DNA of 64,000 nucleotides from Paraspadella gotoi (GCA_051294375.1 CM119270.1:412309-476308); one strand, 5' to 3'; positions 12,358 through 26,122 are shown, counted from the first letter of the stretch. Translations and numbers: made by a program. The notes: generated by a model from the sequence alone, not told the origin.

Positions 12358-12533
12358 CTGTCACAGTGCGGGCGAGGGAGCTTGTTGTTGTTGTTGTTAT
12401 GGTAGTTTTGTTCTTGTTATTGTAAATTAAGTTAGTGAAGTAGTTAATAGTCAATAGTTAAATTAGGTATTGTTGTTATTGTTATTAGGGAAGATACATA
12501 TCTTTTTCCCTCTCTCTTTCTCTTTTTTTCTTA

Positions 12534-12565
<32 letters not shown>

Positions 12566-12884
12566 NNNNNNNNNNNNNNNNNNNNNNNNNNNNNNNNNNN
12601 NNNNNNNNNNNNNNNNNNNNNNNNNNNNNNNNNNNNNNNNNNNNNNNNNNNNNNNNNNNNNNNNNNNNNNNNNNNNNNNNNNNNNNNNNNNNNNNNNNNN
12701 NNNNNNNNNNNNNNNNNNNNNNNNNNNNNNNNNNNNNNNNNNNNNNNNNNNNNNNNNNNNNNNNNNNNNNNNNNNNAGTGAGAGAGGGAGAAAGTGGGAG
12801 AAAAAGAAATATAGTGAGATAGACAAAGAAACAAAAAGAGAAAAAGAGAAGAAAGTTAAAAGATAGAGAGATAGACCGACCTAC

Positions 12885-12979
12885 CCTAAAGAACTCTTCA
12901 GCCAACATATTGCAACTGAAAATCCCTCTGGCCCGAGGTCCGTCGTCATAGTAACCGATGATGTAGTCTTCGTACATTT
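12885..12979 (-). CDS. Exon 5 of the uncharacterised protein
   Basis: catcag|AA ATG start and AGG|gtaggt end. The phase matches the upstream G|gtgaga. Translation: (E)MYEDYIIGYYDDGPRARGIFSCNMLAEEFFR. Confidence 0.85.
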
Positions 12980-14013
12980 CTGATGGTGATGGGGAAAAAT
13001 ATTTAAACAGGAATTGTGAAGTGAATATAGATTGTTGTATTAGGAAATATTAGGATATTGTTATATTAAGATAGTTCATTACGAATCGGCTTTCCCACGC
13101 AGGGANNNNNNNNNNNNNNNNNNNNNNNNNNNNNNNNNNNNNNNNNNNNNNNNNNNNNNNNNNNNNNNNNNNNNNNNNNNNNNNNNNNNNNNNNNNNNNN
13201 NNNNNNNNNNNNNNNNNNNNNNNNNNNNNNNNNNNNNNNNNNNNNNNNNNNNNNNNNNNNNNNNNNNNNNNNNNNNNNNNNNNNNNNNNNNNNNNCAGCA
13301 TCTTCTACAGACTTTCATTTTTTCCCATTTTATCCCTAATTGACAACATTTTAATCGAGATATCTTCCTCTAATGAAAAAACCGTCGAGAGAATTCAGTT
13401 TTTCTTCTCATTTCTCTCTCTCTCTCTCTCTCTCTCNNNNNNNNNNNNNNNNNNNNNNNNNNNNNNNNNNNNNNNNNNNNNNNNNNNNNNNNNNNNNNNN
13501 NNNNNNNNNNNNNNNNNNNNNNNNNNNNNNNNNNNNNNNNNNNNNNNNNNNNNNNNNNNNNNNNTTTTTTAATTAGTCTTTGTTCATTGTTTATCGTTTA
13601 CGAGAAGATACATTTGTCATTTCAGACGAGAATTCAATCTGAAAAAAAAAAACTGTGATAGTTAAAATGAGTTTTTGAAAGATTAATTCATGAAATATTT
13701 TTCGCTTCTCTTTGCAGATAAAGTTTATCTTTTATTGGATGTTAATTTTTTTCTTATACTATTCATATTTACCCTTATTACAATCCCATGTTCGGGATTT
13801 CTTCTTAGAATAAATATCTTTTTTGCTCCATAAAAATCTTTCTCTTTTTTCTTATTCTTTCTTTTTTTATTACTTTTCTCATTACTTGTCAGCGATTAAT
13901 TGTTTGATGGATTGATTGATTAATTGATCGATTTACAAAATAATTGATGGATTAAATGATTGATTGAATTTTGACTGAAATTTATTTTTTGATTTATAGA
14001 AGGATTCAATGAC

Positions 14014-14062
<49 letters not shown>

Positions 14063-14110
14063 GATTGAATGATTGACTGAATGATTGATCGAGCGATTAA
14101 TCGCTCTCAC

Positions 14111-14381
14111 CATAAAAATGCACCATCTCGTCCTCGCATTCGTCCAAAAAATCCTCCATCAATTCTTCCAACGCTTCGTCCACGTCCGCCCCTGCTCCGT
14201 CGCGTCTGACGCGCCGCCGCTGCCCGAAGATGGTCGGCAGCAGCGGCAGCGCCGGCACCTCGGGCCTGGAGCCTTCCTCCTCTGGCTCCACGTAGCAGGG
14301 CTCCTCCAGCGGACACGGGCAACGGCAGGGATCTTCGCCGCACGGGCACGGAGGGCGTTGGCAGCGGCGCCGCTCCAGCTC
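14111..14381 (-). CDS. Exon 4 (5' end lies in the N gap) of the uncharacterised protein; Cys/Pro-rich then acidic
   Basis: Open for 90 codons: ELERRRCQRPPCPCGEDPCRCPCPLEEPCYVEPEEE...DEALEELMEDFLDECEDEMVHFY. Donor is G|gtgaga. Confidence 0.85.
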
Positions 14382-14789
14382 NNNNNNNNNNNNNNNNNNN
14401 NNNNNNNNNNNNNNNNNNNNNNNNNNNNNNNNNNNNNNNNNNNNNNNNNNNNNNNNNNNNNNNNNNNNNNNNNNNNNNNNNNNNNNNNNNNNNNNNNNNN
14501 NNNNNNNNNNNNNNNNNNNNNNNNNNNNNNNNNNNNNNNNNNNNNNNNNNNNNNNNNNNNNNNNNNNNNNNNNNNNNNNNNNNNNNNNNNNNNNNNNNNN
14601 NNNNNNNNNNNNNNNNNNNNNNNNNNNNNNNNNNNNNNNNNNNNNNNNNNNNNNNNNNNNNNNNNNNNNNNNNNNNNNNNNNNNNNNNNNNNNNNNNNNN
14701 NNNNNNNNNNNNNNNNNNNNNNNNNNNNNNNNNNNNNNNNNNNNNNNNNNNNNNNNNNNNNNNNNNNNNNNNNNNNNNTCCGTATTTTA

Positions 14790-14920
14790 TGAGCCTCCTC
14801 AGCAGATATGGAACTGGTCCTGGGTTTGGAACCAGGCTTGGGGGTTTTTTAGGGCCTTAGGCTAAGGTAGTTGACGGACGTCCTTACGCTTCACAAAGTG
14901 TAGGTACCATTGGGGATCGA
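14790..14920 (-). mobile_element. Partial diverged copy of the tRNA-containing LTR family
   Basis: ggaactggtcctgggtttggaaccaggcttg...gtccttacgctt matches 56163-56270. Confidence 0.75.
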
Positions 14921-15010
14921 AAGGAAAGGAAAGGAAAGGAAAGGAAAGGAAAGGAAAGGAAAGGAAAGGAAAGGAAAGGAAAGGAAAGGAAAGGAAAGGA
15001 AAGGAAAGGA
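14920..15010. repeat. (AAAGG)n microsatellite
   Basis: Perfect pentanucleotide run. Confidence 0.95.
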
Positions 15011-15068
15011 ATAAAAAAGAAAGAAAAAGAAATGAAACGCTTCAAGACAGACAGCCAGACTGACCAAC

Positions 15069-15190
15069 CTAGTCTCGCCATCTCCTTTCTCTTCGCTCTC
15101 AGTTGCGCCCTCTCCCGTCGACTTTTCAAAACGTCTCGACTCGGCGAATCTCCGACGCGAGCAACGCCCTCTTCGTAAGCCTCGAACACC
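15069..15190 (-). CDS. Exon 3 of the uncharacterised protein
   Basis: aaccag|G GTG start and CTA G|gttggt end. Translation: (R)VFEAYEEGVARVGDSPSRDVLKSRRERAQLRAKRKEMARL. Phase-2 join to exon 2. Confidence 0.85.
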
Positions 15191-15284
15191 CTGGTTAGAG
15201 AGAGAGTCGTTAGTGTCTCTGTCTCCGTGTGTCTCTCTCTCTCTTTCCCCCTCCCCTCTCCCCCCAACCTCTCTATCCCCCTAC

Positions 15285-15424
15285 CTCTCTTCTCCTCTCT
15301 TTTCTTTCGTCGCATCGCTGATTGTAAAGAGCAACTCGTTCATGAAATCCATGCCCATCCCAAGTTTGGTTCTCGATCCGCCGAAAGTCAATTCCTTGGC
15401 CAGAGTCACCGCCCATTGTTTCAC
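15285..15424 (-). CDS. Exon 2 of the uncharacterised protein
   Basis: aattag|GTG start and AG|gtaggg end. Translation: VKQWAVTLAKELTFGGSRTKLGMGMDFMNELLFTISDATKEKRGEE. Confidence 0.85.
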
Positions 15425-15533
15425 CTAATTTGTGATTGGAAGATCGGATTCATACATTAATCAATAATCAATGAAATTCTTTTATCAATACAACATAAAA
15501 CATCAAAGTCAATGAATCAATGAATCAATCGTT

Positions 15534-15814
15534 TGGTGGATAAGGTGCAACGGAGGCTGAAGACTGAAGAGTGCTCTCCGCTACTTCTTTCAACCCCTTC
15601 TAGCTGCCACGGAACGGGTCCTGGGCTTGGAACCCGGCTGGAGGGTTTTTTTAGTCCCCCAAGGTGGTTTACGGTCGTCCTCACGATTTCCGCAGGGTAC
15701 AGATCCCAGTGCCTAATCGTCATGTGCTGATTGTATTACTCAATGAGCCAACGGGTCGCGACTGAAGGCGACTTGCTAATAAGCGGAATGAACATATTGC
15801 AATGCATGAAAACA
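15534..15814 (-). mobile_element. Diverged full-length copy of the tRNA-containing solo LTR, in intron 1
   Basis: Colinear with 56096-56380 (gtggataagg...ggaacgggtcctgggcttggaacc...caatgagccaacgggtc...gcaatgc). Part of the B box is deleted. Confidence 0.85.
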
Positions 15815-15927
15815 AATTGAACAATAATAATATCCAATTATTATCCCAAATAATTAGTCAATCTTATAATCGATAATTTGAATGAAATCAATCATTCGAT
15901 CAATCAATCAACCAATCAATCAATTAC

Positions 15928-15981
15928 CTTAGGACCCCTCGGGTCCGGAACCAAAGCGTCAATTTCTTCGTCCGTCAACAT
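15928..15981 (-). CDS. Exon 1 (ATG) of the uncharacterised protein
   Basis: aaaATG start and AAG|gtaatt end; 54 nt. Translation: MLTDEEIDALVPDPRGPK. In frame with exon 2. Confidence 0.8.
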
Positions 15982-16368
15982 TTTCGTTTCTAATTATGTA
16001 TAATTGTTTTTTTTTAAATATTACTACTTAAAACATTTATAAAAATTAGTTATGGCTACTAAACTCTGTCGTAAGAATGTCGAATAACCGATCAGAGGAA
16101 ACATTTAATTTTTATAGGAAAAGAAGATGAACCGGAAAAAATTTAAGCGATGAAAGTAGATGCGAGAAAGGAGAGAGTAGAGAAGAGAGAGAGAGGAGGA
16201 GATGGAGAGAGAGAGAGAGGAGGAGAGAGAGAGAGAGAGAGAGAGGTGTGAAGACATTTCGTGCGGGTTTGCCATGGGATTGTAAAAGTCAATCTTAACC
16301 TCACCGATTAATCTACTAAACTATTTAATGTATTTAACTATTTAATGTATAATAATAAAATAAGTGAT

Positions 16369-16470
16369 GGGGCCCTTAAACCACCAAAGCCTGTCCAAAG
16401 TCAGGGGCAAGATAGCTTATTTATTAAATGAATGGATAATTTTTATATTGGTTGTACCAATTTCATAAAT
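16369..16470 (+). mobile_element. Arm of a dispersed MITE-like/TIR repeat family
   Basis: GGGCCCTTAAACCACCAAAGCCTGTCCAAAGTCAGGGGCAAGATAGCTTATTTATT. Related arms occur at 37607-37665(-), 38490-38550(+), 39520-39595(-), 40408(+), 43033(+) and 62895-63017 (both orientations). Confidence 0.6.
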
Positions 16471-18256
16471 AAGATTAATCTCTGATCTTGTTTTCTCTAA
16501 TCCACTGTGGGAGTGAGTCTCGACTCTTTGCCCTCAAATTCACTGTGCCGACTCTATTGACCGAGAGACGAACTTCAGAAGGCGAAGGTCAATCGTCAGG
16601 GGAAATTAAAACGCAAAAATATTTCCTCTCTTTTCTTTTCTTTTCTTTTCTTTTCTTTTCTACTCTTTTCTTTTCTTTTGATATTTCGTAAACTACCACA
16701 CTCCTCTATCCTTTTCTTTTATTTTTTCTACTTTTTTTCTTCTCTTTTCCTCTCTTTTTTCTTCTCTTTTCCTATCTTTTTCCTTCTCTTTTCCTCTCTT
16801 TTTTCCTTTTCTTTTCCCATCTTTTTTCCTTCTCTTTTCCTCTCTTTTTTCCTTCTCTTTTTCTTCTCATTTTTCCTTCTCTTTTCCTCTCTTTTTCCCT
16901 TTTCTTTTCACATAATTTTTTCTTCTCTCTTCCTCTCGTTTTTACTTCTCTGTTCCTCTCTTTTTCCTTCTCTTTTCCTCTCTTTTTTCTTCTCTTTTCC
17001 TCTCGCCATAATTCGTTTTGAATACTTAAAATCTCTAACATGAAACCGACGACTGACAACGACGACGACAACGACAAAAATGACGACGACAATGACGACG
17101 ACAATGACGACGACGACGACGACGATGACAAAGACGACGACAATGACGACGATGACGACGACGACGACGACGACGACGATGACAAATACGAAGAACACCG
17201 TCTGTGACTTTGTTTATTGAGGTGAAATTTCATTAGCCAATCTTCACAGTGCTATTTTTGTGATTCATTGATTCAGCTAATGTTTAATATACTCGTTTCA
17301 CTCTATTGACATAAATTTTGTCGTCATTGTCATCATTTCCATCATTTTTGTCATTATTGTCATTATTTTTATCATTTCTATAATTATTGTCATTTTGGTT
17401 TTCGTTTTCATAGTATTCATCATTGTTAATCATCATTGTCATCATTGCGATCAAAGTTGTCGTCATCATCGAAGTCGCATAACTTTTTTTCGTCTTCGTC
17501 ATCATCGTCTTCTTTATCGTCGTCGTCATCGTCGTCTTCTTTATCGTCGTCGTCATCGTCGTCTTCTTCGTCCCCGTTCGCCACATTTTAAGTCCAACGC
17601 AAAACTTTTCCGATTTTATGAGTCGAGGCGAAGAAAACACGAAACACAAAATGTTTTCCCAAAATTCTCTCCNNNNNNNNNNNNNNNNNNNNNNNNNNNN
17701 NNNNNNNNNNNNNNNNNNNNNNNNNNNNNNNNNNNNNNNNNNNNNNNNNNNNNNNNNNNNNNNNNNNNNNNNNNNNNNNNNNNNNNNNNNNNNNNNNNNN
17801 NNNNNNNNNNNNNNNNNNNNNNNNNNNNNNNNNNNNNNNNNNNTTTTTTAAACTAAAAAATCACGATTGACTGATTTTAGTGGAATTTTGTTGTGGTTGA
17901 TTTTATCGTGTCGTTCGTCGTCGTCGTCGTTGTCGTTTGTTGTCGTCGTCTTCGTTGTCGTTCGTCGTCGTCTTCGTTGTCGTTCGTCGTCTTCGTTGTC
18001 GTCGTTCGTCGTCGTCATCCGCTTCTAGTGAATAATTTTGTTAGACTAACAAAACGTTAATATTATGTAATATTAATTTCAACGATTATTAACCCAAAAA
18101 ATGAAACAGAACATAAACAAAACGTTTTTTTTTTTTTTTTAAGAAATCTCAGAAAAGTTAAACAACAACAACAAAGACAACAAGAGCAACAACAGCAACA
18201 ACAGCAACAACAGCAACAACAATAACGATCGGAAAACTCGCTTTTAGCGAAAAAAA

Positions 18257-18312
<56 letters not shown>

Positions 18313-20028
18313 TTATAGAGATAAACAACGAGTTTTTTTTTCATCTCAAACGAAAACGAAGTCATTTTTCTTTCTAATGTTTTTTCCGAGTTTCACTCTT
18401 TTTCTTTCCTTTTTACTTTTCTTTTCTTTCCTTTTTACTTTTCTTTTCTTTCCTTTTTACTTTTCTTTTCTTTTCTTTTTACTTTTCTTTTCTTTCCTTT
18501 TTACTTTTCTTTTTTCATATCTTTTCCTTTCTTTCCTTTTTATTATTTTTTTCTTTTATTCTTTTTTTTCTGATTCTTTCTTTCTTTTCTCCTTTTTATG
18601 TTTTCTATTCTTTTCTTTTTTCACTTTCCTCCATTATTTTAATCCTCACGAAATTTCCCTTCGCGCTTTTTAAAACAAAAATATTCTAATTCGATAAAAT
18701 ATCATTTAGCCTAAAAAGTATGAAATGTGAAGAAGGAAGAGGAAGGGGGAAGGAGAAAGAGAAGGAGGAAGTAAAAGAGGAAGATAAGAAAGAAGAGATG
18801 GAGGAAAAAGAAGGAGGAAGAAAAAGAGGAAGAGAAAGAGGAAGAGAAGGAGGAAGAGGAAGGAGAAAAAAAGAGGAAGAAAAGGAGAAAGAGAAGGAGG
18901 AAGAGAAGGAGGAAGAGGAAGGAGAANNNNNNNNNNNNNNNNNNNNNNNNNNNNNNNNNNNNNNNNNNNNNNNNNNNNNNNNNNNNNNNNNNNNNNNNNN
19001 NNNNNNNNNNNNNNNNNNNNNNNAGAGAAGGAGGAAGAGAAGGAGGAAGAGGAAGGAGAAAAAAATAGGAAAAAACGGAGAAAGAGAAGGAGGAAGAGGA
19101 AATAAAGGAAGGAGGAAGAGAAGGAGGAAGAGGAAGGAGGAAGAGAAGGAGGCGAAGGCATAAATAAGATAAAAACGAGTAAAGAATTTGAGTCGAAAAT
19201 CTTTTGTTTTTTCTTGTAAAAAGACGGAAATAAACTCGAAGTGGATAACTGTTCCAACTTCCAACTTACCTGACTCTTAACGTTACTTACCTTTTTAGGC
19301 TCGAGCAAATCGATTCAGATTTGGATTCAAAATAAAATTAAGTTAAGATTATGATTCAAATTTAGATTAGAATTTAAATTAAGATTTAGATTAAGAATTA
19401 GCTTTTGATTCAAATAAAGATTTAGATTACAAGTCAAACTAAAATTTTAGTTATAATTTAGATTTGCATTGAGATTAAGATTTAGATTAGAAGTTAGATT
19501 AGAATTGAGAGCAAAATTTATATTATATAGGATATAGGATTACATTAAGATGATGATTTAGAACAAGGTAAAAAAACTAAATACTAAAAATTAAAAACTT
19601 TTTTCTTCTCTTCATTTTTTAGTGAATCAAAATTTTGTTTAAAATTTTCATTTAAAAAAAAAATTAAGCTTGAAATTTAATATTTTAATCTGAGATTATT
19701 CTAGATTTACTCTAACTTCATTTAATTTTGAAAAATTTTTTCCGAACTTATATAATTTTTGTTTTTAGTTTTCCTACGTATTATTTTTTCTTTTTTCTTT
19801 TTTTTGTCTTTTTTCCTTTTATTTTCTTCTTTCTTTTCTTTTTTTTTTCTGCTGAGCCCCACGGTTTTTAAAGGTTTTCATTTTTTTCCCTTAGCTCAGA
19901 ACGATTAACGTTTGAAAAAGACGACGACGACGACGACGACTACGACGACGACGACGCCAAAAAATTCCGAGTCACGTGATCATTCCCTCGAGAGGAGGCG
20001 GCGGGGGTTCTTAAAACTGAAGGATTCG

Positions 20029-20081
<53 letters not shown>

Positions 20082-23037
20082 GAGAGGGAAGAAGAGGAAA
20101 AAGAGAGGAAGAGGGAGTGAAAAAAGGGAGAGGAAAGTGAGGTAGGAAGGTAGAAAGAGGAAGGAAATAGAGAAAAAGAAAAGAAGAAGAAAAGAAGAGT
20201 CAAGAAAAATAGGGAAGAGAAAAATAAGAAGGAAAGGAAAGAAGAAGAAAAAAAAGAGAGAGAAAAAAAGGAAAGGAAAGGAAAAGAAATGGAAAGGGAG
20301 GAAAGGAAAAAATAAAAAGAAAACGAGAGAGAAAAGGAAAAAAAGAAGGAAAGAAAAGAAAAAGAAAAAGAAAAGGAGTAAAGGAAAGAAAAAAAAAGGA
20401 GGAAAAAAGGAAGAAGAAAAAGAAAAGGAGGAGTGAGAAAAGGAGGAAAAAAGAAGAAAAAAATAGAAGAAATAGAGGAAAAAGAAAAGGAGGAAAGAAA
20501 AGAAAAAGAAAAAAAGGAGGAAAGAAAAGAAGAAGAAAAAGAAAAGGAAGAAAGAAAATGTTGAGAAAAAAAGAAGAAGAAAGAGAAAATAAAAGGAGGA
20601 GAGAGAAAAGAAGGAAAAAAGAAGAATAAAAAAAAAGAAATAGAGGAGAAAGAAAAGGAGGAAAGAAAAGAAGAAGAAAAAGNNNNNNNNNNNNNNNNNN
20701 NNNNNNNNNNNNNNNNNNNNNNNNNNNNNNNNNNNNNNNNNNNNNNNNNNNNNNNNNNNNNNNNNNNNNNNNNNNNNNNNNNNNNNNNNNNNNNNNNNNN
20801 NNNNNNNNNNNNNNNNNNNNNNNNNNNNNNNNNNNNNNNNNNNNNNNNNNNNNNNNNNNNNNNNNNNNNNNNNNNNNNNNNNNNNNNNNNNNNNNNNNNN
20901 NNNNNNNNNNNNNNNNNNNNNNNNNNNNNNNNNNNNNNNNNNNNNNNGAAAGAAAAGGAGGAAAGAAAAGAAGAAGAAAAAGAAAAGAAAAGGAGGAGAG
21001 AGAAAAGGGTTAAAGTTCTTCTTTTTGTTTTGCGTCGCGAACGAAACCATCGATCAAGAAACTCGCGAAATTGTGTCACGGAGGATTCACCGTTTTTGGC
21101 GGTGAAGACTGTGAGAGGAGAGGAGGAGAAGGAGGAGGAAGAGAAAGAGGATGAGGNNNNNNNNNNNNNNNNNNNNNNNNNGAGGATGAAGGAGGAATGG
21201 AAGAGAAAACAAAATTTTGGATGGACTAAGATTAACCCAAAAGATGGATAGAAATTAAGAGGTCCAGAAAATTGAGACAATGAGGAACATAAACAAAGAT
21301 TTAATTAAGTAAGAGTTACGATCAAAATACATTTATAAATTAAATCAAGCTGATTTATGAGAATAAACCATGAGTTATTTTTTTTTCCGGGGAAACCAAT
21401 CTGGAGATTTGGAATCTTGATATCTGCATGTGAGCACCACAAATATATCGATACTAGACTTCAATCGTCCATCAACTTTGTACGTAATACTTTCCAGTCA
21501 ATACTCATGTTCAAAACCGTACCTTCTTAAAATTGACTGGGCCATCAGCCCATTTAGAACCCAACTTTAGCCCATACCTCACTAAATCGTTCGCCTTTTT
21601 CAAAGTCGGATTCTTAGTTTCGACTGACAAACTTTGTTTCATTCGAGAATTTTTCTTCCATTGCATTCAGTCTCTTTTTCTTCCCTCCTCGTTCGTCCTT
21701 AACTCTCCTCTCTCTCTCTTTTCCTTCCACCTCTCCTCTAATTCATTTCCTTCCTCCAATCTCCATCTTTCCTCCCTCTTTTTATCCTTTGTTCTCTCTT
21801 TTCCTCCATCTCTACCTCCTTTCCTCTCCCTCATCCTCCTTCCTCGTTTCTTCCTTCCTTCTCCCCTTCCTCCATTCTTCCTTTCCCTACTTCCTCTTCC
21901 TCCGTCTTTTCTCTTCTCCTCCCTCTCTCCATTTTGTTTCCATACCCTCGCGGTTTGGAGACAATTCCGTGCAATCAGAGGCCCATCATGAGACCGAAGC
22001 CTTAGAATAAGGAGGGAGAGAGAGAGAAGAGTCCAAGAGAGAGAGAGAGCAGAGAGACAGAGAGAGAAATATTGTCTTTCTCTCATCAAATTCTAATTAG
22101 AATCTTCTTATCTTAAAAGCGGTCATTTTCTCTCTCTCTCTCTCTCTCTCTCTTCTTCTCTCTTCTCTCTCTCTCTCTCTCTCTCTATCTATCCTCTCTA
22201 TCACCTCCTTTCACTCTTCCCAGATTGATCCGCCCCCTCTGTCTAATAACTCGCACTTACACACACACATATAGTCGCTCGTGTTCTCCTTCTCTCCTCC
22301 TTTTCTCTCTCTTTCCTCTTTCCTCTTTTTCCTCTCTTCCTTCTTCCCCCTTTCTCATCTCTCTCCTCCTTTCGCCACTTTTCTCTCGTCTTTTCTTCTC
22401 TCGTCTCTCTGTGTTCCAGTCAATACTGGCAATATTTCTTGTTTGATCTCATTTTCCATAACTCTTTGCCTGTCGCTCAATCCTCGCCTGTGCCAGTTAT
22501 CCACTCGATTTATATTGGCTTTTCCTCTTCTTGCCAGTTTCCTTGCCATTCTTTGCCAGTTCCTTTACTTGTTTTTCTCATTTCCCGTACTTTGTTCGTA
22601 CGTATTTTATGACCTTTTGTTAAATCAATTAATGTTTGTTGTTCTACTGTTTAATTATAATTGTATAGAGTGTTGTATTTGTAAACAATTGCCGCCTTCC
22701 GAATCGCATACGAGATTTCAGGCGCTTTTTCTTAAGTAAAACAGTTCTGTACCAAATTAAAAATACAAATTCATTTGTTATGATTCATATATTCAAATAT
22801 TTTTTATTATTACTAAGCGTCTTAATCATTATTACAAGTTAAGCGTGAGATTGAAAGACTTTATCAAAAGCCTATTTCATTGTTGTGAAGTTAAATGGCC
22901 TGTTGAACACCATTCAATTTTAGGAATTTAATTTAATTAAATTTAGGAAATTCAAATAATCTTAATAGTGACCGGTAGCTTTTAAACCAACTCTTATTTG
23001 GATCAAAACTTCTACGTCGTCGCAAAACTATCATTAA

Positions 23038-23080
<43 letters not shown>

Positions 23081-23167
23081 TATGTTTTTTTCATTCCTCG
23101 CAAACGCAAACAAACGCTATATCGGATGATGTATGCAAATCGTGTAATTGCAAATCGCCGCGAGATT

Positions 23168-23200
<33 letters not shown>

Positions 23201-23590
23201 TGCTCTTTTATATTCGCGTTATTACATCAGAAACGAGGACGGAATTTCTTCTTTTTTTCTTTTTTCTTTTTTTTTTCTTATTTTTAATATTTAAAAACAT
23301 TTTCCTATTTTTTTTTATTCAGAGTTATGATTTGCATCAGAAAGTGAGATTTTGTTTAGAATCCGGATATTTTATCCATTTTATATTCCCTAGACCATAT
23401 ATATATAATTACTACAACATGCAGATGAGAACAAGTTTTTATTTTCTTTCCTCCTTTAATTTTTTCCACCTTTTTTTCCTCCTTCATTTTTCTCTCCCTT
23501 CATTTTCATCTCCTTTTTCGATTTCCGACTTTTGACTTTTGACTTTTGTAGCCGTCGAACGAAGAGATATTTATTATTATAAATAATCAA

Positions 23591-23664
23591 TCCGCTCCGG
23601 GAATCGAACCCGGTATCGAGAATCCCGGGACGCCTGGCTTAGTGCCCACTGCCATCCGGGCGGC
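23591..23664 (-). pseudogene. tRNA-derived fragment or SINE head
   Basis: The minus strand has an intact T-arm/B box CCGGGTTCGATTCCCGG, but the D and anticodon arms are degenerate. Confidence 0.5.
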
Positions 23665-24119
23665 TTAAAATATTTGAACTCAAATCTTGATAAAAGATTT
23701 TAACTCGATTCGATCTTTTGTTTTGTTTCAACCGTTTTCAATTGACTCTGATAAAACAAGATGGCGTTTGTTTCTTAAACCTTTTGTTCGACGACGGTTT
23801 ACTTTCAAATCTGAAAAACAGATTGTTTTCAGTCTTGTTTTGCTTTCAATGAAGAATACATTATTTTCGTTTCCTGACTCAAATCGTTTTTAATTCTCAA
23901 TATTTAATGTAAGAAATACATTTCGATATATTGGAGAAAAACTCTATGAAATCTCAAACAATGTTTTTACTCGATTAATCTCATCAATTAATCTCATCGA
24001 ATTAAATGAATTAATCTCATCGACTTAATCTCTTAAACTCATGAAACATTAAATTGTAAACGATTAAAACGAATCTTAACTCGCGCCCGTTTTCCCTGCA
24101 ACATCGAACGCCATCTCAT

Positions 24120-24260
24120 TCATTCGTGGCGCCAATGCTTTAGTCACGTGACGCTGACGCTGCCAAGTCCATTCGTCAACTGTGGCGTCTACTTATGTAC
24201 TTGCCACACGTTCGACCAATGATCTCAGCCACGCCCACATTTGGTCTTCGTCACGCCCTC
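24120..24260. promoter_or_regulatory. Motif cluster: CCAAT x2, GTCACGTGAC E-box, TGACG, CCACGCCCAC (Sp/KLF)
   Basis: Motifs read directly in a CpG-containing island within AT-rich sequence. Function is not shown. Confidence 0.3.
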
Positions 24261-24439
24261 TGTGTTTTGCTCAACTTGTTCAATCCCCACCGCGACCACC
24301 CTACAACCCTTTCTACCCACACGCCCTTCTTCAGACCACGACCCTATGCCCTTCATTACGACCCAATGCTCAAACTTATATGGACCTCTCGCTCTTTTCC
24401 ACACCCAACGAATAACCTCAGCCTAGATCGATATCAGAT

Positions 24440-24970
24440 TTCCTCCTTCCATCTGTCTATCCTTTCGTCTGTCTGTCCTTCCTTCAGTCCTTTCTTTCAT
24501 GTCTTTCATTTTGTCTGCCTGTCCTTCTTTCTGTCATTTCTTTCATCTGTCTTTCCTTCTCTCTGTCTGTCCTTCCCTCCGTCAGTCTTTCCTTTCAAAT
24601 GTCTGTATTTCCGTCTTTTTGTCCTGCCGTCCGTTCTTTCGTCTGTCTGTCCTTTCGTCTCTACTTCCTTCCATCTGTCTGTCCTTCCATCTGTCTTTCC
24701 TTTCGTCTGTCTTTTCTTCATTCTGTCCTTCCTTACATCTGTATTTCCTTCCGTCTGTCTGTCCTTCCGTCTGTTTGTTCTTCTGTACGTCCTTTCGTCT
24801 GTGTCCTTCTGTCTGTCCTTCCTTCCATCTGTCTGTCCTTCTGTCTGTACCTCCATCCGTCTATCCGTCAGTCTGTCGGTCCGCCCCCAAAAATTTATCA
24901 TCCGTCCGTCCCTCCGTTCGATCAAGCGTCTGTCCCTACGTCAATCTGACACTCACTGTCCGTAAGTCCG
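24440..24970. repeat. Degenerate (CTGT/CCGT/CCTT)n microsatellite tract
   Basis: 4-nt periodicity; this explains the long spurious ORFs here. Confidence 0.85.
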
Positions 24971-25395
24971 TTCGTTCCATTTTACTTCCATTTTCTTTCT
25001 CTTTTGGCCACATTTTTTTATTTTCTTCTTTTTTTTTACATTTTTTTCCCTTTTTATTGATTATAATCCTCTTCCTCCTCCTCTTCTTCCTCCTCCTCAT
25101 GCTCCTCCATTTTTGCCGACATATCTCTTCTATGTTGTTTTCTGTTTCTCCCCCCATTTTCACTGTCTGTCTGTCCGTCTGTCCGATCGTCCATCTTTTT
25201 TAACGACCGGCGTCAATCCGTCCGTCAGTCCCTCCCAAAGGGGAATCCGTCTTTGACGAGTCGAAGCCAAGAAATGAAAAACAATTTTGTTTTTGTGTTT
25301 TTGTGTATTTCCCGGGACTAATTCCGCTCTCTCGCTCTCTGTCTCGCTCTGTGTCTGTTTTGCTTGTCTATCTATCTACTCTCTCTTCTCTCTCT

Positions 25396-25431
<36 letters not shown>

Positions 25432-25582
25432 CTCGTCTCTCTCTCTCTCTCTCTCTCTTTTTCATAGAACTTGCCATATTTAAATCTTTACATTAATTTT
25501 GTGCTTTTTCTACGATCAGCGTTATATATATATCTCCATACCACGTTTGAATGTCAATAAGTATAACTCTCTCTCTCCCTCC

Positions 25583-25641
<59 letters not shown>

Positions 25642-25756
25642 TCTCTCTTTCGCTCTCTGTACGTTTCATCAAAAATATTTTTCTTCTTCTTAAAATATTT
25701 AAAAGAGAATCTCTACTTCGTGATTTGTTTTAGTAGAATGAGAGAGAGAGAGAGAG

Positions 25757-25791
<35 letters not shown>

Positions 25792-26122
25792 ATATGTGGT
25801 CAAGATTATAGGCCTTCATAATCCGCGAATGGAAACAGAAAATCTGTGCAGAGACGAAAAGACCCGATGTGAGTTTAGGGTCGTCGGTCCCTATAAATAA
25901 CAAAATTAAATAAATTCGTAATAAATATAAGCTCGTGTTAAATTAGTAATAATAAGTAATAAACAATTGATAAATAAATTATGTAAAAAGAAAGAAAGAA
26001 ATATAGAAAGAAAGAAAGAAATGAAGACATATAGAAAGAAAAAAAAGAATGAAAGAGAAAAAAAGAAAGAAAAAAGAATGAAAAAATAGAAAGAAAGAAA
26101 GAAAGAAAAANNNNNNNNNNNN

